A stretch of 64,000 nucleotides of DNA from Terriglobales bacterium. Lineage in GTDB: Bacteria > Acidobacteriota > Terriglobia > Terriglobales > Acidobacteriaceae. The stretch spans positions 8,326 to 72,325 of the forward strand of contig JBAUUQ010000024.1 in assembly GCA_049582765.1 (NCBI GenBank), in the 5' to 3' direction. The notes under the pieces were generated by a model. The model was not told where the DNA came from, did not search any database, and saw only the letters and a program-made list of their open reading frames with translations. This document shows positions 49,067-57,257 of the stretch, piece after piece (position 1 is the first letter of the stretch; each line of letters begins with the position of its first letter). The translations under genes were made by a program, and so were the position numbers.

Positions 49067-50032
49067 TCAGTTTGGCCGGCCCAGCCAGGAATACTGCCAC
49101 CCTACCGAAACGTTGTGGAAGTACCCGCCATACCGCGCATAGTCGCTAGAGTTATAACCAATTTTCAAACTCTGGTGCTTGTTCAACGGGATGGAGGCTG
49201 ACGCTCCGATGAGGGAGCTAAGCTGGTGAGTTAGGGGGTTTTCTGTCTCATTCACAGTCGTACGCCCGCCGAACCAAGTATTGGCATCGAGTGACACCCA
49301 CAGCCGAGGCCTCACGTCGTAGCTTAGGTGCGTTTCGAAAGCGCCAATCGCGCTTTGCGATTGAGAGCGCGTACCGGGAAAGAATTGGTTGTGCGACCAG
49401 AACTCAGGGTTTGTCGTGAAGAACCAAACTGCCCCGGACGCATCGAGCACCCAGTGGCCCAGTCGTCGGGAATATCCGAGTTCTGGTTTGAAGGCCCAAC
49501 GGTTGGAACCATTATTAATGAGCTTCGTTGGGTCATATTGGCCCGTGGGAGCCATGACCTTGAGGCTCACACCCAGGATGGTCTTCTGCTGCCACGATTG
49601 GAACTCTTTTATGGACATGGCCGGGCCACCTTTGAGGTTCACCGAGAAGCGAAAAGCGGAGTCCAGAAGGCCGGAACGGTGAAGCTTGGTTTCGTCATCA
49701 ATAAATGTTCCGTGGAAGTTTCCCGTTCCGTAGGGCAGAGAGGCAGTGATATTGGCCGAGCGGCCGAAGAAATTTAGCGAATGGTAGTAGGTGAAAATCG
49801 AGACGTGTAGTGTCGCTGTTGCATCCGTAATCGGGAGGGCTTCGTTGAAGAGAATGTCGCCGTGAAAGAAGGAATAGGTCAGAATGATCGCATTCGCATG
49901 GGTGGGACCGACGACATAGGCCCGCGGAGCGAGATCCTGGGCATACCCTGTTCCCAGCAACAGTGTCACGAGTGCTGTCGACAAGACGAGTTCTCGGGCA
50001 GTTCGCATCCTGATCCACATAGGCATCTTCAA
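49067..50032 (-). CDS. Outer-membrane beta-barrel of the MetA-pathway/phenol-degradation-like transporter family
   Basis: Signal peptide (LVLSTALVTLLLGTGYA-QD). Alternating beta-strand pattern. Family-typical APRAY N-terminus and a C-terminal aromatic-rich strand (SVGWQYSW). Confidence 0.78.
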   Translation of the reverse strand: MKMPMWIRMRTARELVLSTALVTLLLGTGYAQDLAPRAYVVGPTHANAIILTYSFFHGDILFNEALPITDATATLHVSIFTYYHSLNFFGRSANITASLPYGTGNFHGTFIDDETKLHRSGLLDSAFRFSVNLKGGPAMSIKEFQSWQQKTILGVSLKVMAPTGQYDPTKLINNGSNRWAFKPELGYSRRLGHWVLDASGAVWFFTTNPEFWSHNQFFPGTRSQSQSAIGAFETHLSYDVRPRLWVSLDANTWFGGRTTVNETENPLTHQLSSLIGASASIPLNKHQSLKIGYNSSDYARYGGYFHNVSVGWQYSWLGRPN

Positions 50033-50171
50033 ACCGCTTCGAGTAAGAAGGGGTTATGCCTCACAAACAGGGGCGTAACCGCTAACTGTAGCCCGCATCC
50101 GTTCGGATCACCACTCGGACTCGTGGCCCAACACTTCGGCCCACCGCCGAAGTTCACGCGCCAAAAGGACT

Positions 50172-51563
50172 CTATTCGACGCTTCCACCCAAAGCCAGGT
50201 GCAGGTTGATGCGGTTGGTAAGCCGCTCGTGGCTGACTCCGATCAATGCCGAACGCGCGGCGAGCACGCGTCCCTGCAATTGCAGCACTTTTAGCAGATC
50301 GATTGCGCCGACATCGAACTGGACCCGGCCTAGGCGGTATGCTTCCTCGCTGTCACGGAGGGATGCCTCAAGCTGCTGCTGGCCGTGGGCGAGAGATCCC
50401 TCGTTCGAAAGTGAGGTTTCCACATCCTGGAATGCGCACAGCGCTGCCTGACCGTACGCGAGGGTCGCGGCTTCCTGTTGTGCGTTCTGGATCCGAACTT
50501 GCGCTTTGAGGGCCCCTCGCGTAAAGATGGGGGCCAGGAAGTTGGCGCCGGCGCTCCAGAACTCTGGATTAGTTCCCAACAGCTCGAAGAGATCGTTGGT
50601 AGACCTCCCGCCAGCCAGCGTCAGGTTGATGCTGGGCAGCCGCGCTGCCTTTGCGCTTTGCACCAGGTGAAACGCCGCGGCCACACGCAGCTGCGCAGCC
50701 CGCAGGTCGGGCCTGCGCTCCAAGACTTCCGACGGAATACCCGCCGGTATGGGCGGGGGCGTATTCGGAAACTGGTCTGCGGCCTTGAGTTCCGCGGCTG
50801 GGTAGCGCCCCATGAGGACTTCCAAGGCTCGTACGGCCTGCTGGTGAGCGCGCTTTGTCTGTTCGAGACTCGCGCTTGCAGCCTCCAGATCGGCGCGGGA
50901 CAGATAGAGATCCTGCCCGGATACTTCCCCGACGTCCTTCTTCAACTGCACTACGCCCAAGAGGTCCTGATACACCGTTACGCCTTCTTGCGCGAGTTGT
51001 TGGAGTTGGGACGTGTACGTCGCCAGATACCAAGCCTTGGCTGCCAGCGCGGCAAGCGACTGGCGAGCAGCCGCGAGGTCAGCTTCTGTCGCCTGGTAAC
51101 TTTCATGGGCTGCTACCGACTGCGCCCGCAGCTTGCCCCAGATGTCGAGCTCCCACGCAATTGCTCCGAAAATCCCGGAGTTGTTGAACCGCTTATCGTC
51201 GAAGCGTCCCGAGACGTTTGGACCACCTTGCACGACCACGGCTGGCAGGACCATAGCGCGGGCCTGGGTAGCGAGACCGGCCGCCACCTCCACGCGCGTG
51301 GCAGCAACGCGAAGATCGAGGTTGTTGTGCAGTACTTCGTCTACCACCACCTCCATCTGCGGATCGGCGAACCTTTTCAACCAACCGTACTGGACCGGGC
51401 CTGAGACGCCGGACTGAGCGGCCCATTGGTCAAGAACTTTGGTGGTTTCGGGGAGCCCGTGTTCGAGAATCTCAGGCATGCTGGGCGGCTTCTTCACCGC
51501 GCAGCTGAGGGAACACGCCGCTAAGCACCCGCACAGCAGTATCGACATGCGCCTCACGCTCAT
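50172..51563 (-). CDS. NodT-family outer membrane efflux lipoprotein
   Basis: ATG 51563 overlaps the HlyD-like stop (ATGA). The cysteine-rich signal-peptide end LLCGCLAACSLSCA contains a likely lipobox. Two OEP repeats. Confidence 0.9.
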   Translation of the reverse strand: MSVRRMSILLCGCLAACSLSCAVKKPPSMPEILEHGLPETTKVLDQWAAQSGVSGPVQYGWLKRFADPQMEVVVDEVLHNNLDLRVAATRVEVAAGLATQARAMVLPAVVVQGGPNVSGRFDDKRFNNSGIFGAIAWELDIWGKLRAQSVAAHESYQATEADLAAARQSLAALAAKAWYLATYTSQLQQLAQEGVTVYQDLLGVVQLKKDVGEVSGQDLYLSRADLEAASASLEQTKRAHQQAVRALEVLMGRYPAAELKAADQFPNTPPPIPAGIPSEVLERRPDLRAAQLRVAAAFHLVQSAKAARLPSINLTLAGGRSTNDLFELLGTNPEFWSAGANFLAPIFTRGALKAQVRIQNAQQEAATLAYGQAALCAFQDVETSLSNEGSLAHGQQQLEASLRDSEEAYRLGRVQFDVGAIDLLKVLQLQGRVLAARSALIGVSHERLTNRINLHLALGGSVE

Positions 51564-52783
51564 ACTCCTGCAAGAAAGTAATTGGTCCACGTGTATATGC
51601 GAATCATCACGCGGCGGACAATGAAGAGCGGCTTTGCGCCGTTGCCGGTGATCGCCGCGTAGCCCGAAGAGCCCGGCGGCACGTTTACGTCGCTCAGGTC
51701 ATCCTCCACGCTCAAAATCACATACATCCGCGCCGCTGGAGTCGGCTGGAAGACGCTACGAAGCACCCCTGTGGGCGCAAGCTGCCCGGTTCCAACAGCC
51801 TTCTCAATTCCGATCACCTTGGCCTTGAGAGTTCGGCCCGGCAAGACGGCCAGGGCCACTTCGGCGACGGCTCCAGGTTTGATGACATTGACGTACTCTT
51901 GCACCACCGTCGCGCTTACTAACGTCTGTTTCCTGGAGTAGACGAAGGTCATCACCGGAGCCGAGGTGGCCATGGCGCCCGGCTCAAGCTGGAGCTGGGG
52001 TACGTAACCGTCGTCCGGGGCGGTGACGACCGTCTGGTCGAGGTTCCAGCGTGCGGAATCGCGCGCCGCCCTAGCCTGATCCATGGCGGTTCCACGAATT
52101 TGTGCTGCAGAGGAAACGGCGATGCGCGCTTGGCTCTCCTGCGCCTTGGCGGCTGCAGCCTGCTGACTGGCCGCTGCTATTTGCTGCTGTTGTGCCGCAA
52201 CCTGCTCTTTCAAGCGTGTTACATCCGATTCGGTTTGATCCACAGCAAACTTGCTGCCTGCGCCTTTGCTGGCCAGTTCGCCGTACTGCGCGAGTCGCTT
52301 CACCGCCAGCTGAAGACTGGATTCGGTCGCCGCAAGGCCAGCCTTGGCTGCCTCGGCAGCGGCTTCCGCCGCGGTCGTACCGGCAGCTGCGCCCTGTAGC
52401 GACTGCTCGGCCTGATCAATGGCGGTGCGCGTCTGGATGTCAGTCTGGCGGAATGTCGCCTCTGCCTGGCTCAGCTTGTCCCGGTAGGGCTGCGGGTCGA
52501 TGCGAAACAGTACGTCGCCCTTCCTGACAGACTGATTTGATTTAATCGGAACCTCGATGACCCGTCCCGGCACTTGCGCAACAACCGGGGTCGTCGTTTC
52601 GATGACGACTGCATCCACTGAATAGGGCTGATTGACGCTTGTGAGCAGTGCAAGAGAGGCGAAGCTGACTACGGGGATAGTTACCGTGATGATCTTGGCG
52701 AAGGTGTTGAAAGGCAGAAGGCGGAGTTTGAAAAAGATCAGCCAAATCAGGCCACCGTAGAGAAGCAGGATGACGATTGTCAT
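51560..52783 (-). CDS. HlyD-family membrane fusion protein (EmrA/YiaV-like) with long coiled coil
   Basis: N-terminal TM anchor. Lipoyl-like VKGDVLFRIDP. About 150 aa of Ala/Gln-rich coiled coil. C-terminal beta-barrel. Confidence 0.9.
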   Translation of the reverse strand: MTIVILLLYGGLIWLIFFKLRLLPFNTFAKIITVTIPVVSFASLALLTSVNQPYSVDAVVIETTTPVVAQVPGRVIEVPIKSNQSVRKGDVLFRIDPQPYRDKLSQAEATFRQTDIQTRTAIDQAEQSLQGAAAGTTAAEAAAEAAKAGLAATESSLQLAVKRLAQYGELASKGAGSKFAVDQTESDVTRLKEQVAAQQQQIAAASQQAAAAKAQESQARIAVSSAAQIRGTAMDQARAARDSARWNLDQTVVTAPDDGYVPQLQLEPGAMATSAPVMTFVYSRKQTLVSATVVQEYVNVIKPGAVAEVALAVLPGRTLKAKVIGIEKAVGTGQLAPTGVLRSVFQPTPAARMYVILSVEDDLSDVNVPPGSSGYAAITGNGAKPLFIVRRVMIRIYTWTNYFLAGV

Positions 52784-53136
52784 TAGGTTGCTCCCCCTAC
52801 TCGCTGGGCCAGTCGCTGGTAATTTTTTTCTACGGCGGTGAGGCGCGTGGTGACTTCGGCTAGCGTTTGCTTGAGGGCAACTTCTGACTCTCGACTGCCG
52901 ATGGCTGCCGCCCCGCTATCTTTGGGATGTGTGTACGCCCAGACCAAAGCGATCGGCCACATTGGCAGAACCGCAGCGCCCACATAGCCACTGATGCGGA
53001 TCGCGTCTGCCTGCGGATGGTGTCGCTTCGCAGCGATCTTCCCCGGAATGATGGCCATGCCAACCAAGATCGCAACTCCAATCACCCCCTGAAGGACAAT
53101 AACGAAGATTGCGATGAAGTCCAGTGGGGTCATCAT
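52783..53136 (-). CDS. DUF3302 (YiaW-like) small inner membrane protein
   Basis: ORF trimmed to ATG 53136 (GGAGG just upstream; ATG 53133 is also possible). Family block IIPGKIAAKRHHPQADAI plus a second TM. The stop shares a base with the HlyD start (TAATG). Confidence 0.8.
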   Translation of the reverse strand: MMTPLDFIAIFVIVLQGVIGVAILVGMAIIPGKIAAKRHHPQADAIRISGYVGAAVLPMWPIALVWAYTHPKDSGAAAIGSRESEVALKQTLAEVTTRLTAVEKNYQRLAQRVGGAT

Positions 53137-53314
53137 TTCCTCCCAACAATTACGAGCTGTCGCTTCACAACGATGTCGATCGAGCCGGTGTGGAAGGCTG
53201 TAAGACGGCAAGAAAGGTAAAATCTGACAGCGAGCGTGCGCACAAGGCCTCTATTTCAAAGAGACAGGAAAGCATCTCGTTTTCTGTATAAGGGCTGAAC
53301 ACCAGGACGCGGAA

Positions 53315-53330
53315 CTGTCAATTTTGACAG
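53315..53330. promoter_or_regulatory. 16-bp perfect palindrome CTGTCAA-TT-TTGACAG (candidate operator), copy 1
   Basis: Read directly from the sequence. About 180 nt upstream of the DUF3302-HlyD-NodT operon. The same motif is at 54349 and 62259, with a degenerate copy at 61712. Confidence 0.5.
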
Positions 53331-53484
53331 CAGGGCTCGTAAGTCGGAGTGAGGTCAACCCAATCGGAAGCGTGCCTAATGATCAGAACGAGTCCTCTAT
53401 TGTGTAGTGGGCACCAAGATGACACGCAGGTGTCCTTCGGTGGCGGCCTGGGGGCGGGCTGTCTTTAGGAGTACGGTCGAAGCC

Positions 53485-54261
53485 TCACTTCACACCGTCC
53501 CGCAAGTTGATCAGCACTTGATCATAGGCGTCCGCACGGAACAGGCCTTGACGCGGATATTCAATATCGAGGATGACAAACACTGTAATCACGGTGACGG
53601 CAGTGAATCCGAGGATATGGGGCCAGCTCCGCGGACCCGCACCCATGCCGTATCCGGCAAATAATGAACACACTAAGCCAAGCACGAACAACAACATGAA
53701 AATGACTGTTGGCGGATGCAGGTTGGCTGCCATTTCTCGCGTCGTCGTAATGTCAATCATTGCGTTGAGCGCGGGAAGAAGGATCTTGGCAGCATCGGGA
53801 TGAGAATCCGGCAAGCGAGAGGCAGCAACCGCTTGAGCCCAGATCTCATCCTGGAGATGGTTCGATGCAGTTAGCGCTGCTTTCGCCGCCTCAATGTCCG
53901 GCAGTTTCCTGTACACGTCAAGTCGTGCGTCCAGGTACTTGGCAAATAATTCCCGGAGTGCGGGCTGGTCGCTCTTTGGCAAGAGATCGAGGCGCAAGTA
54001 GGCGGTGCCTATCGCATTGGTCTCCTCGGCAATTAGTTCGCGGTGCTTGTCAAACCTTTCTATGGATCCGGAGAAAGTAAAGGCGACTAGCAAGCCAAAC
54101 AGGGCGAAAACCGCGCCCTCAACCGCCGCGATGCCGGACGGTTCCTTCTCCGAGCCGCTCGCTCTCTTCCGGACGGCTATGCGCCGGCCCAATTCCAGCA
54201 GCAGCAACATGCCGAGAAACAAACTGATGGAATAAATCGCAAATGAAACCGCGCTATCCAT
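53485..54261 (-). CDS. DUF4239 family membrane protein
   Basis: ORF trimmed to ATG 54261. Two N-terminal and two C-terminal TM helices flank a helical domain (VAFTFSGSIERFDKHRELIAEETNAIGTAYLRLDLLP), as in DUF4239. Confidence 0.72.
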   Translation of the reverse strand: MDSAVSFAIYSISLFLGMLLLLELGRRIAVRKRASGSEKEPSGIAAVEGAVFALFGLLVAFTFSGSIERFDKHRELIAEETNAIGTAYLRLDLLPKSDQPALRELFAKYLDARLDVYRKLPDIEAAKAALTASNHLQDEIWAQAVAASRLPDSHPDAAKILLPALNAMIDITTTREMAANLHPPTVIFMLLFVLGLVCSLFAGYGMGAGPRSWPHILGFTAVTVITVFVILDIEYPRQGLFRADAYDQVLINLRDGVK

Positions 54262-54348
54262 ACCCCTCCTCTGTTCCCGTCCCAAAGCCCACTCCACAAC
54301 CAAGCAACTCAAATGCACAAGGCTAAGAGCGAGCCAACACTGTCACAA

Positions 54349-54364
54349 CTGTCAAGTTTGACAG
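54349..54364. promoter_or_regulatory. 16-bp perfect palindrome CTGTCAA-GT-TTGACAG (candidate operator), copy 2
   Basis: About 90 nt upstream of the DUF4239 start. Preceded by an extra CTGTCA half-site (54339-54344). Confidence 0.5.
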
Positions 54365-54441
54365 TGCAGCACGGCAATCTGGCAGATCAGCATTTGGTGC
54401 ACTGGAATGAACCGTGGGATGGGTTGAATCGGACCAAATAG

Positions 54442-54901
54442 GTAGGGTTAACACGCAGAGATCGGATTCTGGCCCACATTAGAGCGTTCTTCTTGCGTTT
54501 GGTACCGAAAGTAGGACCGTTCAGTGCCCTCGCATTTCACCCACCCACGCCAGCCGTAGAACAGTTGTACATGCACAGTTTCAATGCAACGCTCGAACAT
54601 TATCGAGGGATGCTACTTGCCCAACACGAAGGCCGCCTCCAATTGCCCAACGACAACTTTGACACCGGAGAACCCACTGCACCGACAGCCTACCCGTTCG
54701 CAGACAAAGCCTACGCCAAGTTGTTGGACAAGGTGACCGGGAAACCAGTATCTGACGCGTTGCGCAGTGACATCCTCGCATTTTATGCCGATCTTTGGGG
54801 TACCGTTTGCGACCAAGGACAACGCGAAGGCATGGCAGAATGTGCTCGGCGAATTGCGTAAACTGAAGGCTTTACCCGCTGCGGGCGCATCCGTTCCATG
54901 A
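54442..54901 (+). pseudogene. Remnant of a zinc-dependent phospholipase C-like family gene (5'-truncated, 3' frameshift)
   Basis: The segment ...RILAHIRAFFLRLVPKVGPFSALAFHPPTPAVEQLYMHSFNATLEHYR...LQLPNDNFDTG...YAKLLDKV resembles the C-terminal roughly 130 aa of that family, as recalled. After about 54790 the family-like sequence continues only in the +1 frame (PFATKDNAKAWQNVLGELRKLKALP, stop 54899-54901). An in-frame stop at 54439 and the missing N-terminal domain confirm truncation. Confidence 0.5.
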
Positions 54902-54958
54902 GATTTATCTAAACTCTCGAGGATCGAAGACGAAATAACAAATGACGTTCGAAAGCTC

Positions 54959-56656
54959 CTAGTGCTTCTGCTCCTTCAGTTCCGCCGGTTCCTGAAAAGG
55001 AAGATCCAGGCTGATGGGAGCATGGTCCGAGAGACTTTCTTCCAACGCATCATTCACTTCATTCATCGCGCGCCCGAAGTGCGGGGCAAACTTGTACGGA
55101 CGGTCCCCGGCGTCGGGCTTGGCATAGGCTTTCACCAGCATCCAATCCAGCTTGAACCTGCCCTTGGCACCGAGGGTTCGCGGCAGGTGGAAAGTAGTCA
55201 CAAATCCTTTTCCTGCGCGCTCGTTCGAATTGGCCAGCGTTCCATCGCGTCCGTTGCTGGTGCGCTCCTCGTCTCCCCGGAAATCGATGATGGTACCGTC
55301 TTTGAATTTGAACTCCTTCAGATCGCCGAACAGCGCCCGCTCTGGATTTGGGGCCAGCACCCTGATACCGCGGGCGGTCGGGTCACTTTGCAGCTTGAAT
55401 GATGTAAATCCAAACTTGAGCACGTCGTAACCGAGCCCTACTCCGGACGCATACTTGACCGCTTTCGTCGCCCAGTACGTCGAGCTGCCCGCTCGCTTCA
55501 TCACTGCCTTTTTCACGCTTGCGTTGGAGCCGTCGCTGCCCGTTGTGTTCAAATCTCCGGCAATCAACACCGGGTTGTTGATGGGCGCCAGGAACGTGAG
55601 AAGCTCTCTCATTTGCTTGCGGCGGCCTTCCGGTTTTGTGCGATTTTCCAAATGGGTGGCTGCAATGGTCAGGCGCCCTTCAGGGAGATCGGAAACATCG
55701 AGCGTAGCGATCAGGGTTGTGCGTCCTCCGCGACGTATTTCTCGAAAGATCTTTTCTCCCAGAACGGCGCCCGCTCCCAGACGCTTCCCTTTCTCCATCG
55801 AACCATAAGTCTTCTCGGCCTTGTACCAGTCGTAGCCTTGATGCTCAAACGGCCTTAAGGTTACGTCCCGGATGGGATAGCGGGAGAGAATCGCAGTCCC
55901 GTGGAGAGCCTGCAGTTTGTCTTGATCGACGCTGAAGTCTTCTTCCAGTTCTTGGCGTTCCTTCGGATCCTCCACATCTTTAAACGATTCGGTGCCCAGG
56001 ACCTTAGGATCCACCTCTAGGAACTCTACGCCATAGGCCCAGTTCATGTTGAGTGCCTGCCCGAGTTCCTTAATGACCGCCCGATACCCAGTTCGTTTCA
56101 TTCCCCAGTCGAGTTCGTTCAGGATCAAGACGTCCGCCGATTGCAGGACATCGACCTGCTCGTTGATCTGTTTCAGCGCGCTCTGCTTTTCGGCCAGATC
56201 TCCGTCTTTCTTCGCGAGCTCAGAATCCGGATCCGGATGCTGCTCAACGTTGTTCATGAAGGTGGCTTTGTCGGTCAACAACGTTTTGATCACATCCAAC
56301 TGGAGCCCGCGCTCGATGTTCCACTCGACCACCCGAAGAGAAGGCCCGAGCCCTACGATTTCCAGCCGTCGCGGTTTTGCCCCAGCATAATAAGCTTCGT
56401 TGCTGACGAACGGTGTGGTCTGCAAAGTCTTCAGCTTCTGCGCCAGATCGGCTGGCAGCGTCTCCTGCTCTCCGAGTGCGATGAGTTCCTGGTAGCTGAA
56501 GGTTGAAGGCTCGTAATAGCGGACATACAAATCACCGGCGAGCGGCTGCGCAGCCGTAGCCCACGTGAGTACAGTGGCGACTATGACGCCTCTCCCCAGG
56601 CGCACAGCGATTCCAGTATCACTCTTGGGATGCTTGAGCATTCTGTAACCTTCCAT
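54959..56656 (-). CDS. Endonuclease/exonuclease/phosphatase (EEP) family protein, secreted
   Basis: Start taken at ATG 56656 (GAGGAG 7 nt upstream), giving a signal-like N-terminus. EEP blocks VVEWNIERG, LILNELDWG, ATHLEN and the terminal SDHAPISLDL. Confidence 0.85.
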   Translation of the reverse strand: MEGYRMLKHPKSDTGIAVRLGRGVIVATVLTWATAAQPLAGDLYVRYYEPSTFSYQELIALGEQETLPADLAQKLKTLQTTPFVSNEAYYAGAKPRRLEIVGLGPSLRVVEWNIERGLQLDVIKTLLTDKATFMNNVEQHPDPDSELAKKDGDLAEKQSALKQINEQVDVLQSADVLILNELDWGMKRTGYRAVIKELGQALNMNWAYGVEFLEVDPKVLGTESFKDVEDPKERQELEEDFSVDQDKLQALHGTAILSRYPIRDVTLRPFEHQGYDWYKAEKTYGSMEKGKRLGAGAVLGEKIFREIRRGGRTTLIATLDVSDLPEGRLTIAATHLENRTKPEGRRKQMRELLTFLAPINNPVLIAGDLNTTGSDGSNASVKKAVMKRAGSSTYWATKAVKYASGVGLGYDVLKFGFTSFKLQSDPTARGIRVLAPNPERALFGDLKEFKFKDGTIIDFRGDEERTSNGRDGTLANSNERAGKGFVTTFHLPRTLGAKGRFKLDWMLVKAYAKPDAGDRPYKFAPHFGRAMNEVNDALEESLSDHAPISLDLPFQEPAELKEQKH

Positions 56657-56684
56657 GGCAAGACTCCTCAAAAGATGACCCTGA

Positions 56685-57134
56685 TCAGACGCACTGGCAA
56701 TCTGAGAGGTCAACATTGCTGGGCTTGAGTGTGTTCCGCTTAATAGGGGATGTAAACCGCCACCAGCGTACTGGCGGTGACGCCGCCAGCAGCCATAACG
56801 TCCCGATTGCAACGGAAGCAACGACGGCGGCCGACGACCTGATTTCTTCTTTCCTCCGCACCTCAGCGGCCTTGGCAAGCTCACGACATTCGGCGAACAC
56901 ATCCTCAGGTGTAATCCTTCGCAGTAGCTTTACACCGAGGAACAACACCAGCAGGTCGTCCAGAAACCCGATCACTGGGATGAAGCTCGGGATGAGTTGA
57001 ATAGGACTAAACAAATAGCCTGCGGTGCACACTGCAACCAGCCTTGCGTACCAGTGCGTGCGGGGATGTTTGAACACAAAATAGAAGACATGCGCCTCTC
57101 GCTGGAGCTGTTGCGCCTGTTGCCGCCAGCTCAT
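56685..57134 (-). CDS. DUF1232 (YkvA-like) membrane protein
   Basis: Start at ATG 57134. Family core YLFSPIQLIPSFIPVIGFLDDLLVLFLG. Confidence 0.8.
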   Translation of the reverse strand: MSWRQQAQQLQREAHVFYFVFKHPRTHWYARLVAVCTAGYLFSPIQLIPSFIPVIGFLDDLLVLFLGVKLLRRITPEDVFAECRELAKAAEVRRKEEIRSSAAVVASVAIGTLWLLAASPPVRWWRFTSPIKRNTLKPSNVDLSDCQCV

Positions 57135-57257
57135 CGAGGCAGCAGGATCGCGCCCTTCCACGTTGGGATCTACTGCCGAGTTAACGATTTCTACATCCAC
57201 GATTAAGTTCCGCTCAACGTATTTAGTTGGTACCCGTTTGCATTTGTCCAAACTCCA

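Noticed and set aside
53315-53330. Reading the CTGTCAA-NN-TTGACAG palindromes as sigma-54 promoters, or simply as -35 boxes
   Set aside because: There are no GG-N10-GC (-24/-12) elements. Downstream of the TTGACA halves I found no acceptable -10 hexamer at 16-18 nt on either strand at copy 1. The -35 explanation remains a caveat but is not supported.
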